From an uncultured Chloroflexia bacterium (GTDB lineage Bacteria > Chloroflexota > Anaerolineae > JAAYZQ01): a stretch of 64,000 nt of DNA. A program made the translations under genes and the position numbers. Below the pieces are notes generated by a model, which was given only the letters and a program-made list of their open reading frames with translations, did not search any database and was not told the origin of the DNA. The DNA lies in NCBI GenBank assembly GCA_963700285.1, contig CAVOXA010000010.1, positions 1,728,001-1,792,000 of the forward strand, read 5' to 3'. The stretch's first letter is position 1; every line of letters begins with the position of its first letter. Below are positions 1 through 10,168 of this stretch, piece by piece.

Positions 1-72
1 CTGGTGGATGCCGGCAAGTGCATGGGCAATGGCCACTACTCCTGGCGCATCGTGTTCAAGCGGTCTTTTTAA
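1..72 (+). CDS. 3' end of a truncated CDS (…LVDAGKCMGNGHYSWRIVFKRSF*), function unknown
   Basis: Open frame from base 1 to TAA at 70-72, followed by a GC-rich hairpin-like region. Confidence 0.4.
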   Translation: MVDAGKCMGNGHYSWRIVFKRSF

Positions 73-157
73 CCGGAGCAGGGGAAGGCTCCACTGCGGC
101 CTGCGGGTGGGCCTGGTTCCCTGAGAGCTGGTTGATTTTCAAGCGAGTTGTTCTGCT

Positions 158-2488
158 ATGACAGGGTCCAATACCCGAAGCGGACATGCCACTGGAATGC
201 ACGCCCTCGTGGTGGCGGCCGTTTTGATCCTGGTTCTGGCTCCCATTCTCCTACTGACAACTCAACCGCTGTGGCTGCGCTGGTTGGCCATCATGGCGCT
301 GGCTTGGTGGCTGCCAGGCGCCCTGTTGGTGGCCCATTGGCGCCTGCCGGATCAGGATCTGCCTGCCGCAGCCGTTCTGGCCGCGGGCATGGGTCTGTGT
401 TGGATGATGCTGGTGGTCCTTCTGATCCACTGGCTGCCGGGCCCGATGGAACTCTGGATGCTGCTGGCGGCCTACGGGCTGGGGGCGCTGGTGCTGCTGC
501 TTGCTCTCTTCTGGCGGCGTCCCCTTCCCCTACGGCCGGCCGCGGGCACGACTTGGGCCTGGATCGCCGCGCTGATACTGTTTGTTTCCCTTCTGCGCCT
601 CCCGGGCTTGGGCTACCATGAGCTACACGGGGACGAGACCATGGTCCTGCATAGGGCCAGGTGGGCCATCTGGGGAGAGGATGACGTGCTGGCCCGGCAT
701 GCCAAAGGCCCGGGTGAGATTGCCGTGGCCATGGTGGTCTACCGTGCGCTGGGCACAGCCAACGAGGCTACGACCCGCTTGCCCTTTGCCCTGATGGGCA
801 TTGTCAGTGTCCTGGCTATCGCACTGTTGGGACGCAGTATGTTCTCAGGCCAGACATCCCTGGCAGGTGCAGTTGGGTTCTGGGCTGGAGCCTTGTTGGC
901 GGTCAATGGCTTTGCCCTGGCCCTTTCGCGCATTGTCCAGTACCAGCCTGCGGTGCTCTTGTTGTCTATCCTGTCGGTACTGTGCGCCTGGGAGTTCTCT
1001 CGACGCGGCGAGGGGCGCTGGCTGGCGCTGGTCGCCCTGTTCAGCGGTTTCGGCATCCTGATGCACTATGAGTATGCCCTGATGGCGCCGGTCCTGCTGG
1101 TGTTGGCTTGGACAGGCTGGAAACGGGCGCCGGACAGGCGGCGGGTTGTGATGGCTGGACTGGTCGCGGGCATCTTCGCCGCGCTGGTCGTCGCCACTAC
1201 CTATCTGCCTGGCGTCCTGGACCCCCGGTTCGCCAGAACGCAGCGCTACCTTGGCACTCGACTCGGCGGACTTGGTGCGTTCAACTTTCCCATTTTCGTC
1301 GAACTGGGATCATTCTACACCGGCGCCTACTTTTTCCTGGGGCTGATCCTGCTGATGGTTGCCGGGCTGATTGTTGGCTGGCGCATGGCCCGGCGGAGGA
1401 CCCTTCTACTGGTACTCTGGTTTGCGCCCTTCTTGATCCTGTACCTGTTTGTCATGCAGCATCCGGGAACTCATTTCTATCTGATCATGCCAAGCTGGTC
1501 ACTGCTGGCAGCCCTGCCTCTGGCGGCTGTGACGACCTCCGAATCGATGCGGCCGGTTCTACGCTGGGGCGTGCTGGCACTGGCGGCAGCCTGGCTGGTA
1601 GCCTCTGTTGGCTATCTTTACCTGGCCTTTTTCCGGCAATCGCCCGAGTACGTCGTCAACTATGAGGAGAGCCGGGCGCCGTTTTACTGGGCGCCCTTTG
1701 GCGAGAATGTGCCCCAAAGGCCACGCTATGCTTTTCCGATCCAGGAAGGATGGAAGACCATTGGGACCCTGGCCCAGTGGGGTTGTCTGAATGGTACTTT
1801 TTCCAGCAACGAAGGTTCGCAGAGCCTGCGGTTCTGGTATCTACCCGCGCTGGAGCGGGTGGACTTTGCAGCCGCGCCCGACTATGTGTTTGTGGCTACC
1901 CACCTGCAGGCGCCCTATCCACAATTCAGCGAGAGCCGCCTGGAGGGCTACCAACAGGTAGGTGCGGTACGCCTGCGGGGCGAGCCACGCATAGAGATCT
2001 GGGCGCGCGAGCCATTGCCCTACGTTGTCTACGATCAAGAGGCGTTTGCCGCCGTATTTGATGGCGAGGTCCCCGTGTTAGTGGAGGGCCCCATCCCCTC
2101 CGAAGCCGTGCGCGACGTGAGCCTGGGCGAGACGATGATACTGGAGGCGGGCGCGCTGACGCCCGGGACCTTGACCGGGGGCGACACGCTGCATCTACTC
2201 CTGGTATGGCGCCCCCAGCGGGAACTGGCCGGAGACTATAAGGTCTTTGTCCATGTCACAGACGCGAGCGGCAGCCCGCTGGCACAGTGGGATGGCCGGC
2301 CCTGCCTGAACCTGGGCAGTACGAGGCAGTGGGTAGCGGGGGAAACGGTCAGGGATCACGTACTCTTGGCCCTCCCTGAGGACATGCCGCCCGGGGAATA
2401 TTCGGTAGTCGCCGGGCTTTATGATGAGGCTACGGGCGAGCGTTTGGGTGGTCAGGCCGTAGAGATTGGCACGATCACTGTACGGTAG
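158..2488 (+). CDS. Polytopic membrane glycosyltransferase (GT-C/ArnT-PMT-like) with C-terminal soluble beta-rich domain
   Basis: Many TM helices; 'LHGDE' acidic motif after an early TM; C-terminal 'DYKVFVHV…WDGRP…W..GE.VRD…PPGEY.V.AGLYD' domain. Confidence 0.75.
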   Translation: MTGSNTRSGHATGMHALVVAAVLILVLAPILLLTTQPLWLRWLAIMALAWWLPGALLVAHWRLPDQDLPAAAVLAAGMGLCWMMLVVLLIHWLPGPMELWMLLAAYGLGALVLLLALFWRRPLPLRPAAGTTWAWIAALILFVSLLRLPGLGYHELHGDETMVLHRARWAIWGEDDVLARHAKGPGEIAVAMVVYRALGTANEATTRLPFALMGIVSVLAIALLGRSMFSGQTSLAGAVGFWAGALLAVNGFALALSRIVQYQPAVLLLSILSVLCAWEFSRRGEGRWLALVALFSGFGILMHYEYALMAPVLLVLAWTGWKRAPDRRRVVMAGLVAGIFAALVVATTYLPGVLDPRFARTQRYLGTRLGGLGAFNFPIFVELGSFYTGAYFFLGLILLMVAGLIVGWRMARRRTLLLVLWFAPFLILYLFVMQHPGTHFYLIMPSWSLLAALPLAAVTTSESMRPVLRWGVLALAAAWLVASVGYLYLAFFRQSPEYVVNYEESRAPFYWAPFGENVPQRPRYAFPIQEGWKTIGTLAQWGCLNGTFSSNEGSQSLRFWYLPALERVDFAAAPDYVFVATHLQAPYPQFSESRLEGYQQVGAVRLRGEPRIEIWAREPLPYVVYDQEAFAAVFDGEVPVLVEGPIPSEAVRDVSLGETMILEAGALTPGTLTGGDTLHLLLVWRPQRELAGDYKVFVHVTDASGSPLAQWDGRPCLNLGSTRQWVAGETVRDHVLLALPEDMPPGEYSVVAGLYDEATGERLGGQAVEIGTITVR

Positions 2489-2549
2489 AGCCGCCCGATT
2501 TGCCGTCACATGACTTGGACCTCAGGCATCCAACGCCAGCAGTCCATAA

Positions 2550-2578
2550 TTGACATTTGCCCCATTGTGGGGTATGAT
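2550..2578 (+). promoter_or_regulatory. Sigma70-type promoter for ssb
   Basis: TTGACA-N17-TATGAT. Confidence 0.75.
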
Positions 2579-2639
2579 GTTGAGTAGTGTTACCTCTTGC
2601 GGCCCATCCGGCTCGTCTCATAACGAAAGGAGTTCAACA

Positions 2640-3104
2640 ATGTTCCAGCGCGTAACACTCATCGGCAACGTCGGCCAGGATCCCCAGATGCGCTATACGC
2701 CAGATGGTACACCTGTCACCAACCTCAGCGTAGCAACCAAGACGACGGTGAGCAAAGACAAGAGCCCAAACTGCCCCACGGGCTGGAAAGAATCTTATAA
2801 TGGGCGTAATTGGGAGCTGACAACATGGTGGCGCGTGACCTGCTGGCGGGGGCTGGCTGAGACAGTCAACCAATACGTGAACAAAGGCATGCAGGTTTTT
2901 GTTGAAGGCGAAGTAAGTGGCGAGGCCGTGGATGGTTCTCAGAACCCGCGAGTGTGGACCGGGAATGATGGAACGCCGCGTGCTAGTTTTGAGATAACAG
3001 CGCGAACGGTCAAGTTCCTAGGTGGTCGCGGAGATGCGGCCTCCGGTGCACCCGTGGGCGAACCACCGCCGGAAGGGTATGAGGAGGACGTACTACCCTT
3101 CTAA
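2640..3104 (+). CDS. ssb: Single-stranded DNA-binding protein
   Basis: MFQRVTLIGNVGQDPQMRYTPDG OB-fold start, acidic C-terminal tip EEDVLPF; RBS AGGAG upstream of ATG 2640. Confidence 0.93.
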   Translation: MFQRVTLIGNVGQDPQMRYTPDGTPVTNLSVATKTTVSKDKSPNCPTGWKESYNGRNWELTTWWRVTCWRGLAETVNQYVNKGMQVFVEGEVSGEAVDGSQNPRVWTGNDGTPRASFEITARTVKFLGGRGDAASGAPVGEPPPEGYEEDVLPF

Positions 3105-3132
3105 TCGATCTGTCAGGCAGTAGGCAGCAGAC

Positions 3133-3172
3133 GGGCGTCGTTCGCTCCTGACGGGGAACGACGCCCTTGTTT
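3133..3172 (+). terminator. Intrinsic terminator after ssb
   Basis: GGGCGTCGTTC…GAACGACGCCC stem followed by TTGTTT. Confidence 0.7.
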
Positions 3173-3280
3173 GCATGGAGCGTGGCAGTTGAAACGTGGC
3201 CCGTCAGTCGTGGTTCGTGTTGTAGATTCTGTCTTCGGTGAGCTGCCTCGGAGACAGAATCACCCACCAGGAGGTCCTAG

Positions 3281-3592
3281 ATGAGTGACAGCCCAAAAAA
3301 TCGGCGGCAGATCCAGGTCGAACTACCAGCCAACCTGGAGGCGACCTATGCCAATTTTGTGGTCATTACCCACTCGCCGTCGGAAATGATCATGGATTAT
3401 GCCCGGGCGCTGCCCAATATGCCCAAGGCCAAGGTCTATGCCCGGATCATCATGACGCCCATGAACGCCAGGTTGCTCCACAAGGCGCTGGGCGAGAACC
3501 TGGCCAAGTTCGAGGAAAAGTTCGGAGAGATTCACACGCCGGATGATGGCTTTGGGACGCAGGTCGAGCGGCTGGGATTTGTGCGCGACTAG
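3281..3592 (+). CDS. DUF3467-like protein
   Basis: 'ATYANFVVITHSPSEMIMDYA…ARIIMTP..A..L…L.ENL.KFE.KFGEI' pattern; RBS AGGAGG. Confidence 0.75.
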   Translation: MSDSPKNRRQIQVELPANLEATYANFVVITHSPSEMIMDYARALPNMPKAKVYARIIMTPMNARLLHKALGENLAKFEEKFGEIHTPDDGFGTQVERLGFVRD

Positions 3593-3601
3593 GATAGGGA
3601 A

Positions 3602-4969
3602 ATGTCTAAATCGTTCGTAGCTCTAGTCGGACGCCCCAACGTGGGCAAGTCCACGCTGTTCAATCGCATCGTCGGCCAGCGGCGGGCCATCGTCGAGGAT
3701 ATCCCCGGGACCACGAGGGACCGGCTTTACGCTGATACCGAATGGAGCGGTGTGTTCTTTACCGTCGTCGACACCGGCGGACTGGAGATCATCGAAAGTC
3801 AAAAGAAGCGGAGGGACCGGGAACAGCCCGACCCCCTGTCGACAGCCTCGGTAGGTTTTGTCCAGGAGATCCGCGAGCAGGCCGAGATGGCCATCATGGA
3901 GGCAGACCTGATCGTCCTGTTGGTGGACGTTCTCGACGGGCTGACCCTGGCTGACGAGGATGTGGCGGATGTGCTGCGCCGGACTGAGAAACCGGTATTG
4001 GTCGCAGCCAACAAGACCGACAATGAAGAGCGTCACCAGGCGGCCTTTGACTTTTATGCACTGGGCCTGGGGGAGGTATTCCCCGTCTCAGCGTTGCACG
4101 GCATAGGCGTCGGCGAGCTTTTGGATGAGATTGTGGTCAATCTGCCCGCTGTTGAGGACGAGGAAGAACCGGATGCCCTCAAGATTGCCCTGGTAGGCCG
4201 GCCCAATGTGGGCAAGTCGTCTCTGCTCAACAAACTGCTTGGCGAAGAACGAGCCATTGTCAGCGCCATACCCGGTACCACCCGCGATGCCACAGATACC
4301 TACCTGACCTGGGAGGGGGAACCGGTGCTGCTCATCGACACGGCTGGTATCCGCCGCAGAGGGCGTGTCGAGCGAGGTATTGAAAAATATAGTGTCTTGC
4401 GGGCCATGAAAGCCATGGCTCGCGCCGACGTGGTGATGCTGTTGCTTGACGCCGAGGACGTGGTCACGGCCCAAGACGCGCACGTGGCAGGCTATGTCCT
4501 GGAGGAGATGCGCAGCATCATCGTCGTGGTGAACAAGTGGGACCTCATCGAAAAAGACACCTACACGATGGATACCTATACCAAACAGATCCGTTCCGAC
4601 TTGAAGTTCCTGGATTACGTACCCGTTCTGTACATCTCGGCGCTTACGGGCCAGCGGATCCATCGCATTCTGCCCCTTGCCTTCCAAGTCTACAGGGAGC
4701 GGATGGTACGAATCTCGACGGGTGAGTTGAATCGCCTGGTGGCAGATGCCACAATCCGGCACTCACCGCCGCACAAGGCCGGCAAACGGCTCAAGTTTCT
4801 GTATGCTACCCAGGCGGCGGTAGATCCACCGACCTTTGTCTTTTTCGTCAATGATACCCGGCTTGTTCACTTTACGTACAAGCGCTACCTGGAGAACCAG
4901 ATCCGCAGGCGGTACGGCTACCTGGGCACTCCCCTCAAGTTGGTGTTCCGGTCTCGGGCCAAGGAGTAG
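3602..4969 (+). CDS. der: Ribosome biogenesis GTPase Der (EngA)
   Basis: Two tandem GRPNVGKS P-loops, DTGG/DTAG, NKxD motifs, C-terminal KH-like domain. Confidence 0.97.
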   Translation: MSKSFVALVGRPNVGKSTLFNRIVGQRRAIVEDIPGTTRDRLYADTEWSGVFFTVVDTGGLEIIESQKKRRDREQPDPLSTASVGFVQEIREQAEMAIMEADLIVLLVDVLDGLTLADEDVADVLRRTEKPVLVAANKTDNEERHQAAFDFYALGLGEVFPVSALHGIGVGELLDEIVVNLPAVEDEEEPDALKIALVGRPNVGKSSLLNKLLGEERAIVSAIPGTTRDATDTYLTWEGEPVLLIDTAGIRRRGRVERGIEKYSVLRAMKAMARADVVMLLLDAEDVVTAQDAHVAGYVLEEMRSIIVVVNKWDLIEKDTYTMDTYTKQIRSDLKFLDYVPVLYISALTGQRIHRILPLAFQVYRERMVRISTGELNRLVADATIRHSPPHKAGKRLKFLYATQAAVDPPTFVFFVNDTRLVHFTYKRYLENQIRRRYGYLGTPLKLVFRSRAKE

Positions 4970-5012
4970 CAGGCTTGAGCATCTCTGTTCCAAAGCCCTG
5001 TCGAGGAAGAAT

Positions 5013-7338
5013 CTAGGGCAGTTCAATCCTGGTCAGGCGCAGGGCATCGCTGCCGTCTGGCAGGGTGAGACGTACGCCCATCACCGGGTCGTAGAGGCCC
5101 ACAAGCAGCTCGTAGCTCCCCGGCGGTAGCCCCTCAGGGATGGGGATGGTGTGAACATCGTCCAGGGCTATGCCGGGTAGCCAGAGCGAGGTAGGCCAGC
5201 GGCCACCCATCGGTGCCGCATCGCTCTGGGCCAGTACCACATCTCCAGCCTGGGGATCGATCAGGTGGGCAAAGACGGTATAGTCGGTGTCCACGTAACC
5301 ATCCGTAGCCCAGCGCAGTGTCAAGTGAATCGCCTTCGGGCCAGCTCTGAGAGTCAAAGCCCTGCAAGGTGATCGACTCCCCAAGACGGGCTCCGACCGG
5401 CTCAAAGGACTCTGGCCCAGCAGCATCCCTCCAACTCAGAGGCAACACAGCCACCCGGAAGGTCTGGCCCCCACGGGCGGACAGCCTGGCGCCTGTCGTG
5501 GGATCGTACCAGCCAATCTCGAGCGCGTACAGGCCCGATGGCGTGCCAGCCGGTACCGTGAGCGCAAAGGAGTCACGGACCATCTCGCCGGCACCCCAGG
5601 CGCTGGTAGGATAGACGCCGTCATAGGGCTGGTGGTCGTCGCCGGCCAAACCTTGGCCGTGTTCGTCTACCAGGTGAGCAAAGGCCGTATAGTCGGTGGA
5701 CAAAGGCTGCAGGGCTTGCCAGACAACCGTCAGATTGACGGTATCGCCCGGCTCCAGTTCGGGCGGAGCGTGCAGACTCCAGCCCACCAGTGCCAGCTCT
5801 TCTTCAAAATGAACCTGCCGCTCATGCTGGAGCGGATCGGGCTCGTACAGCTCGTACTTGCCCACCGTGCGGGTATGCCGGTAGTTTCGGTCCAGTTCCG
5901 ACAAGAACGCGCGGGTGAAACGCCGGTAGCGGTCTACATCCAGTCGCGTGCCCCTGTCCAGGATTACCAACGACCGGCTCCGGTCGCGCAACTGACCCAG
6001 TTCCCAGGACTGGTCCCAGCGGCCGGCCTCCGCCAACTGGCTGTACTCGAAAGAGTGATAGTCCAGGACCTTGTCGTAGGTTACCAAAAGACCCATGTCC
6101 TCCGCAAAGATCGGACCGGGCGTATCGGCCAGGATGGGCGCCATCTCCTCGTAAGAACTCTGGGTCAGGTGCAGGTAGCGGTTGGCAACCTTCGGTGTAT
6201 GCCACATCAGCATGACCTGGGCCAGCACCAACAGCGGAGCCGCGAGCTGGAGAAGCGGCTTGGGGGAGCCAAGCAACCGGGCTAGCCCCAGTCCGCCAGC
6301 AAGGGTGAGGGCAGCCAAAGCCTCGAAAAAATAGTTCTCCCAGGCGCCAGCCTTGCCGGCGAGCAGCACGCTGGACAATGCCAGGGGCAGGTAAAGGTCC
6401 AGCAGACTGATCTTTGCTCGCAGCGGTATTGCGCGCTCCAAGATGAACTTGTCTACGACGTACCAGGCTGCCATCAGGGCGAGCATGGCAAAGGTCCCGA
6501 AAAAGTCACCCTGTTGCTGCCAGAACTCGGGCCAAAGGAAGGCGTTCACGTTGGCGACGATCATGCTTTCCCAGAAACTTCCACCTGTGAGCGCGTTGAT
6601 CGCCACGAATAACCCGCCCCCCAGCAGACCGATTGCTGCGGCCATGAGGACTGCTTGCCGTCGATCCACAAAAAAGAACAGATAGACCAGGGCCGCTGCT
6701 GGGGCAAATATGAATGACTGTTTGGCATAGAGGGCGGCCACAAAGAGCACGACGGCCAGCCAAAGGAGGTACCGCTTGTGCCTCTCCATTTTTTCCCCTG
6801 CCTGCCGGGGGATGGCCAGGTAGACAGCGAACAATCCACCCAGAGTAAGGGCCAAGCCGATGAGGTCGACCCGGAAAAGAGGAGCCCAGTGGTAGATATA
6901 GGGTGAGCCCACGAAAAGCAGCACGGCGGCTACGGCTGGCAACCAGCGCCCGGTTTTCTTCCACAGCCAGACGAGTATGACTGCCGCTGTGGCAAGGACG
7001 GCCAGCAGCGTCCAGATGCGGCCTGCCGCGTAGGTCATACCCAGGAACGGGGTCAGGGCCAGGGCCAGAAGGAATGGGAGCGGCGCATAGTTGGACGTAA
7101 TAAAGGGATAGGTTCCAATGGGACGATAGATGGGCCGGCCCAACGATAATTGTCTGACATAATGCAGGTGTGTACCCTCGCCGTAGTCGAGTTGGTAGGG
7201 GAAAAATAGGCCCGTTGCTCCCAGCCAGAGGGTCAGCCCTGTCAGATAGGCCAGCCCTGCCAGGGCCAGTGCCCACAGCGCCCCCAAAACCCAACGCAGC
7301 CTCTTTGATTGCGTCTGCTCGATGCTGCTGGTATCCAT
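5013..7338 (-). CDS. GT-C-like membrane protein with two C-terminal soluble repeats; split by a single frameshift near 5330-5360
   Basis: ORF 5134..7338 (LDYGEG motif, TM helices) continues in ORF 5013..5426 (HLTLRW…DYTVFAHL…PPGSYELLVGLYD). Confidence 0.7.
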
Positions 7339-7458
7339 AGGTGAGCTATTATACCGTGTGACAGGGGAAAGGGAAAGCTACATTGGACGTGGTACGTGGT
7401 GCGCGGTCCGTGACAGACCGCACGCACGTGACACAAGTCACGAAACACGAAACACGTT

Positions 7459-9951
7459 TCACGGCTCGATACGAACCGTACCCAGTACGATCCGGTCAAC
7501 AGGCACCCCGTTGCCATTCAATGTCAGGACGCGGGCCAGATCCTCGGCACGGTACATGCCCACCTCCAAGGTATAGTCGCCGGGGGAAGTACTCGCTGGG
7601 ACCATCACTGTCACCGTGTCGTTGATCGTTTCACCTGGCGTCCACAGCAGAGTGGGAGCCTGGCCATCGCCAGGTTGGCCATCCCAACCAGCAATGGCGT
7701 TGCCCTCTGCGCCGAGCAACTTGACGTACAGGCTATAGTAGGCATCGATCTTGCCTAGCGCGCGCCAGGTCAGGTCTACGGAGAGTGGCTGGCCAGAGCG
7801 CGCTTCTTCCGGGAATGCCCAGAGCAGCAGTTGGGCCGGCACGGGAAATGCGTCGTCCTCCGCATCACCCACCACCACTGCGCCAGCCAGCATCCAGTCC
7901 CCGAGGGGGCCGCTCTGCTCCTCAATGCTTAGACGATAGACCCCCGGGGTTGGGGGAGCTGCCAGCAGCAACGGGACCACGGCCGTGCCTCCATCGGGAG
8001 ACGTGACCAATGGCACATCTCCATAGGCGAGATCTTCTTTAAGGTCTACCGCCAGCCCATCCTCTGTTTCCCAGGTGATCTTGGGGCGGATGACGTCGGT
8101 GGGCTTTACGGCGTAGCTCCCGGTGCCCTTGTTCACAGCGATGACGTAAGCTGTGTAGGGCTGTGCGGCCATGGCGCGGGGAGGCAAGTAGCCCTGAACC
8201 TCGAGAGAATCCGGATTGAAGGAACGAGGCTGAACGCCATAGACCCGATCTGCTCCAAATGCCTCCTGCAGTGCCAGATCGTCCACTTGATCCAGTGCGA
8301 GATTCATATCAAACCGCTTTGCGGCCGGATAGCGGCTGGCATGGACAATGACCTGGCTCACGCCCAATGCCTGAAGCAGGCTCACGCTGCGTTCCGAGGG
8401 GAAACGCTCCATCTCAAAAGTGATCTGGCCATGCTTGGGTGGGATAAAGCCGCTGTAGCCATCGGGCGTTGTGCGCCAATGGTAGGTTGAAAGGTACTGG
8501 TATTCGAGCTGCGGGCCACCGGGGGTAAAGGCCATAGGCAGCTCCAAGACCGGATCAGAGGGTTGCTCTGCCAGCCAGCGGTAGACGGGCGGAACCTGGC
8601 CGCCTACTGGCACCGGTTCGGCGTGGGCGGCAGGCCAGACAAGGGATTCCAAGACTGCCAGCCCCACAAGTAGAACAGGGATCCCGACTTGGGCCAGCCG
8701 GGTGGAGATACCCGGCCTGCTCACCTGCCCGAGCGCTGCCACCCCATATCCAGCCAGTACTGCCAGCGACAGACCTACCAGCACGTCAAAACGGGCAGGG
8801 GCGCGCAGGGCTTTGAATCCTGGCACGATGGTATAGAGCCAGGCGTAGGGCAAGTTGACATTCAGTCCGGCTGGCAGCCCGGGGGCCAGATAGAGGCGAG
8901 GACCAAAAGACAGAACGAGCGCGGCAAGGAGCAGGATGAAAAAGAACCAGCGGGTGCGGCCCCGACCCCGGATCAGCCCCCACAACGCCAACCCCAAGCT
9001 GACGAGGCCCGGGAAGAGGGCATCCACCGGGTAACCGCCGGTGATGGGGGCCTTGTCGCTGGGCAGCCACCGCCCGTGGATGACACTGCCTGGCGGCACT
9101 GTCAGGTACTGCCGCAGGCTGGCAGAAAAGGGCTCGCTGTCGGCCAAACCGCGCTCAAAGCCCATCTCACGCTGTACCTGGAAGTAGGGCAGAGCAAAGG
9201 GCAGGATTATGACAAGACAGAAGACAGCGGCAAGCAGCAGATAGGACAGCGACGAGCGACGAAAGATAGAAGGCAAAGGTCGCATGCCGTTGATTCCTTG
9301 ACGCTGGAGATAGTCCCAAGTCCAAGAAACAAACTGAAAAACCGCGAATCCGCTGGCGGTGAGGGTCAGCAGGATGGCATAGTAGAACGACGACAGGGCT
9401 TGCAGGCAGAAAAACAGGACAAAGGTGGTCACGTGGCGGAGGCGGGGCCGCCGGAGCAGTTGGTATAGGGAAAGAAAGGCAAAGGGCAACCACTGGGTAG
9501 TCAGGATCTGGGCTTGGGCCAGGTTGGTCATGCGGTAGGAGGAAAAGGCAAAAATGACGCCTGCCAAGATACCAGCGGCGGCCGAGCGTGTGAGTTGGAG
9601 TACCAAGAGGTATGTGCCAAAGCCCGACAGGATGAAGGACAGGAGCAGTGCCACGTTGTAGCCGAATACAGGGTTGCCGGTGGCGGCGGTGATGGGCAGG
9701 GCCAGCAGTGCATTGCCTAGTAGCAATTCTGAATAGGCCAGCGTACGAGGATAGGAATAAAAGATGTTGGCATCGAACAAGTGCAGGGGATCGCTTAGGA
9801 GCTGATAGCCATCCCAGGCAGTAATCCAGACATTGAGCAGCGCATCCTGCAGGTCCTCCACAGCATCGGCCAAGTACAGGGGCAGAGGATAGGTTAGTAT
9901 CAGGCTAAAGGCGAGAAACAGCAGCAGAACCGCTATGGTAGATTTGCGCAC
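7459..9951 (-). CDS. YfhO-like/GT-C membrane protein with the same C-terminal domain
   Basis: Polytopic TM region, 'RAPARF' motif, 'DGYSGF.P', C-terminal 'W.PGETI.D…PGDY.LEVGMY'. Confidence 0.7.
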   Translation of the reverse strand: MRKSTIAVLLLFLAFSLILTYPLPLYLADAVEDLQDALLNVWITAWDGYQLLSDPLHLFDANIFYSYPRTLAYSELLLGNALLALPITAATGNPVFGYNVALLLSFILSGFGTYLLVLQLTRSAAAGILAGVIFAFSSYRMTNLAQAQILTTQWLPFAFLSLYQLLRRPRLRHVTTFVLFFCLQALSSFYYAILLTLTASGFAVFQFVSWTWDYLQRQGINGMRPLPSIFRRSSLSYLLLAAVFCLVIILPFALPYFQVQREMGFERGLADSEPFSASLRQYLTVPPGSVIHGRWLPSDKAPITGGYPVDALFPGLVSLGLALWGLIRGRGRTRWFFFILLLAALVLSFGPRLYLAPGLPAGLNVNLPYAWLYTIVPGFKALRAPARFDVLVGLSLAVLAGYGVAALGQVSRPGISTRLAQVGIPVLLVGLAVLESLVWPAAHAEPVPVGGQVPPVYRWLAEQPSDPVLELPMAFTPGGPQLEYQYLSTYHWRTTPDGYSGFIPPKHGQITFEMERFPSERSVSLLQALGVSQVIVHASRYPAAKRFDMNLALDQVDDLALQEAFGADRVYGVQPRSFNPDSLEVQGYLPPRAMAAQPYTAYVIAVNKGTGSYAVKPTDVIRPKITWETEDGLAVDLKEDLAYGDVPLVTSPDGGTAVVPLLLAAPPTPGVYRLSIEEQSGPLGDWMLAGAVVVGDAEDDAFPVPAQLLLWAFPEEARSGQPLSVDLTWRALGKIDAYYSLYVKLLGAEGNAIAGWDGQPGDGQAPTLLWTPGETINDTVTVMVPASTSPGDYTLEVGMYRAEDLARVLTLNGNGVPVDRIVLGTVRIEP

Positions 9952-10108
9952 ACTTGTCCTGTTCCGAGACCGGCGAATTGAGTATTCCGGGTGTGAGGCA
10001 TGGGAATCGAAACATGGATTCGACGCCGGTCACGTGATTGTAACTGAATTCTACCGCAAGAGGGGCCAATGTGCAAGCCAAGTCGATCAGTTTTGCCCCC
10101 AGACTGCC

Positions 10109-10137
10109 TTGACGCCTGGCAGGTTTTGCCGTATGAT
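10109..10137 (+). promoter_or_regulatory. Sigma70-type promoter for prfA-prmC
   Basis: TTGACG-N17-TATGAT. Confidence 0.65.
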
Positions 10138-10168
10138 GGTAGACAGGAACTATGAGGAGTCATAACCT

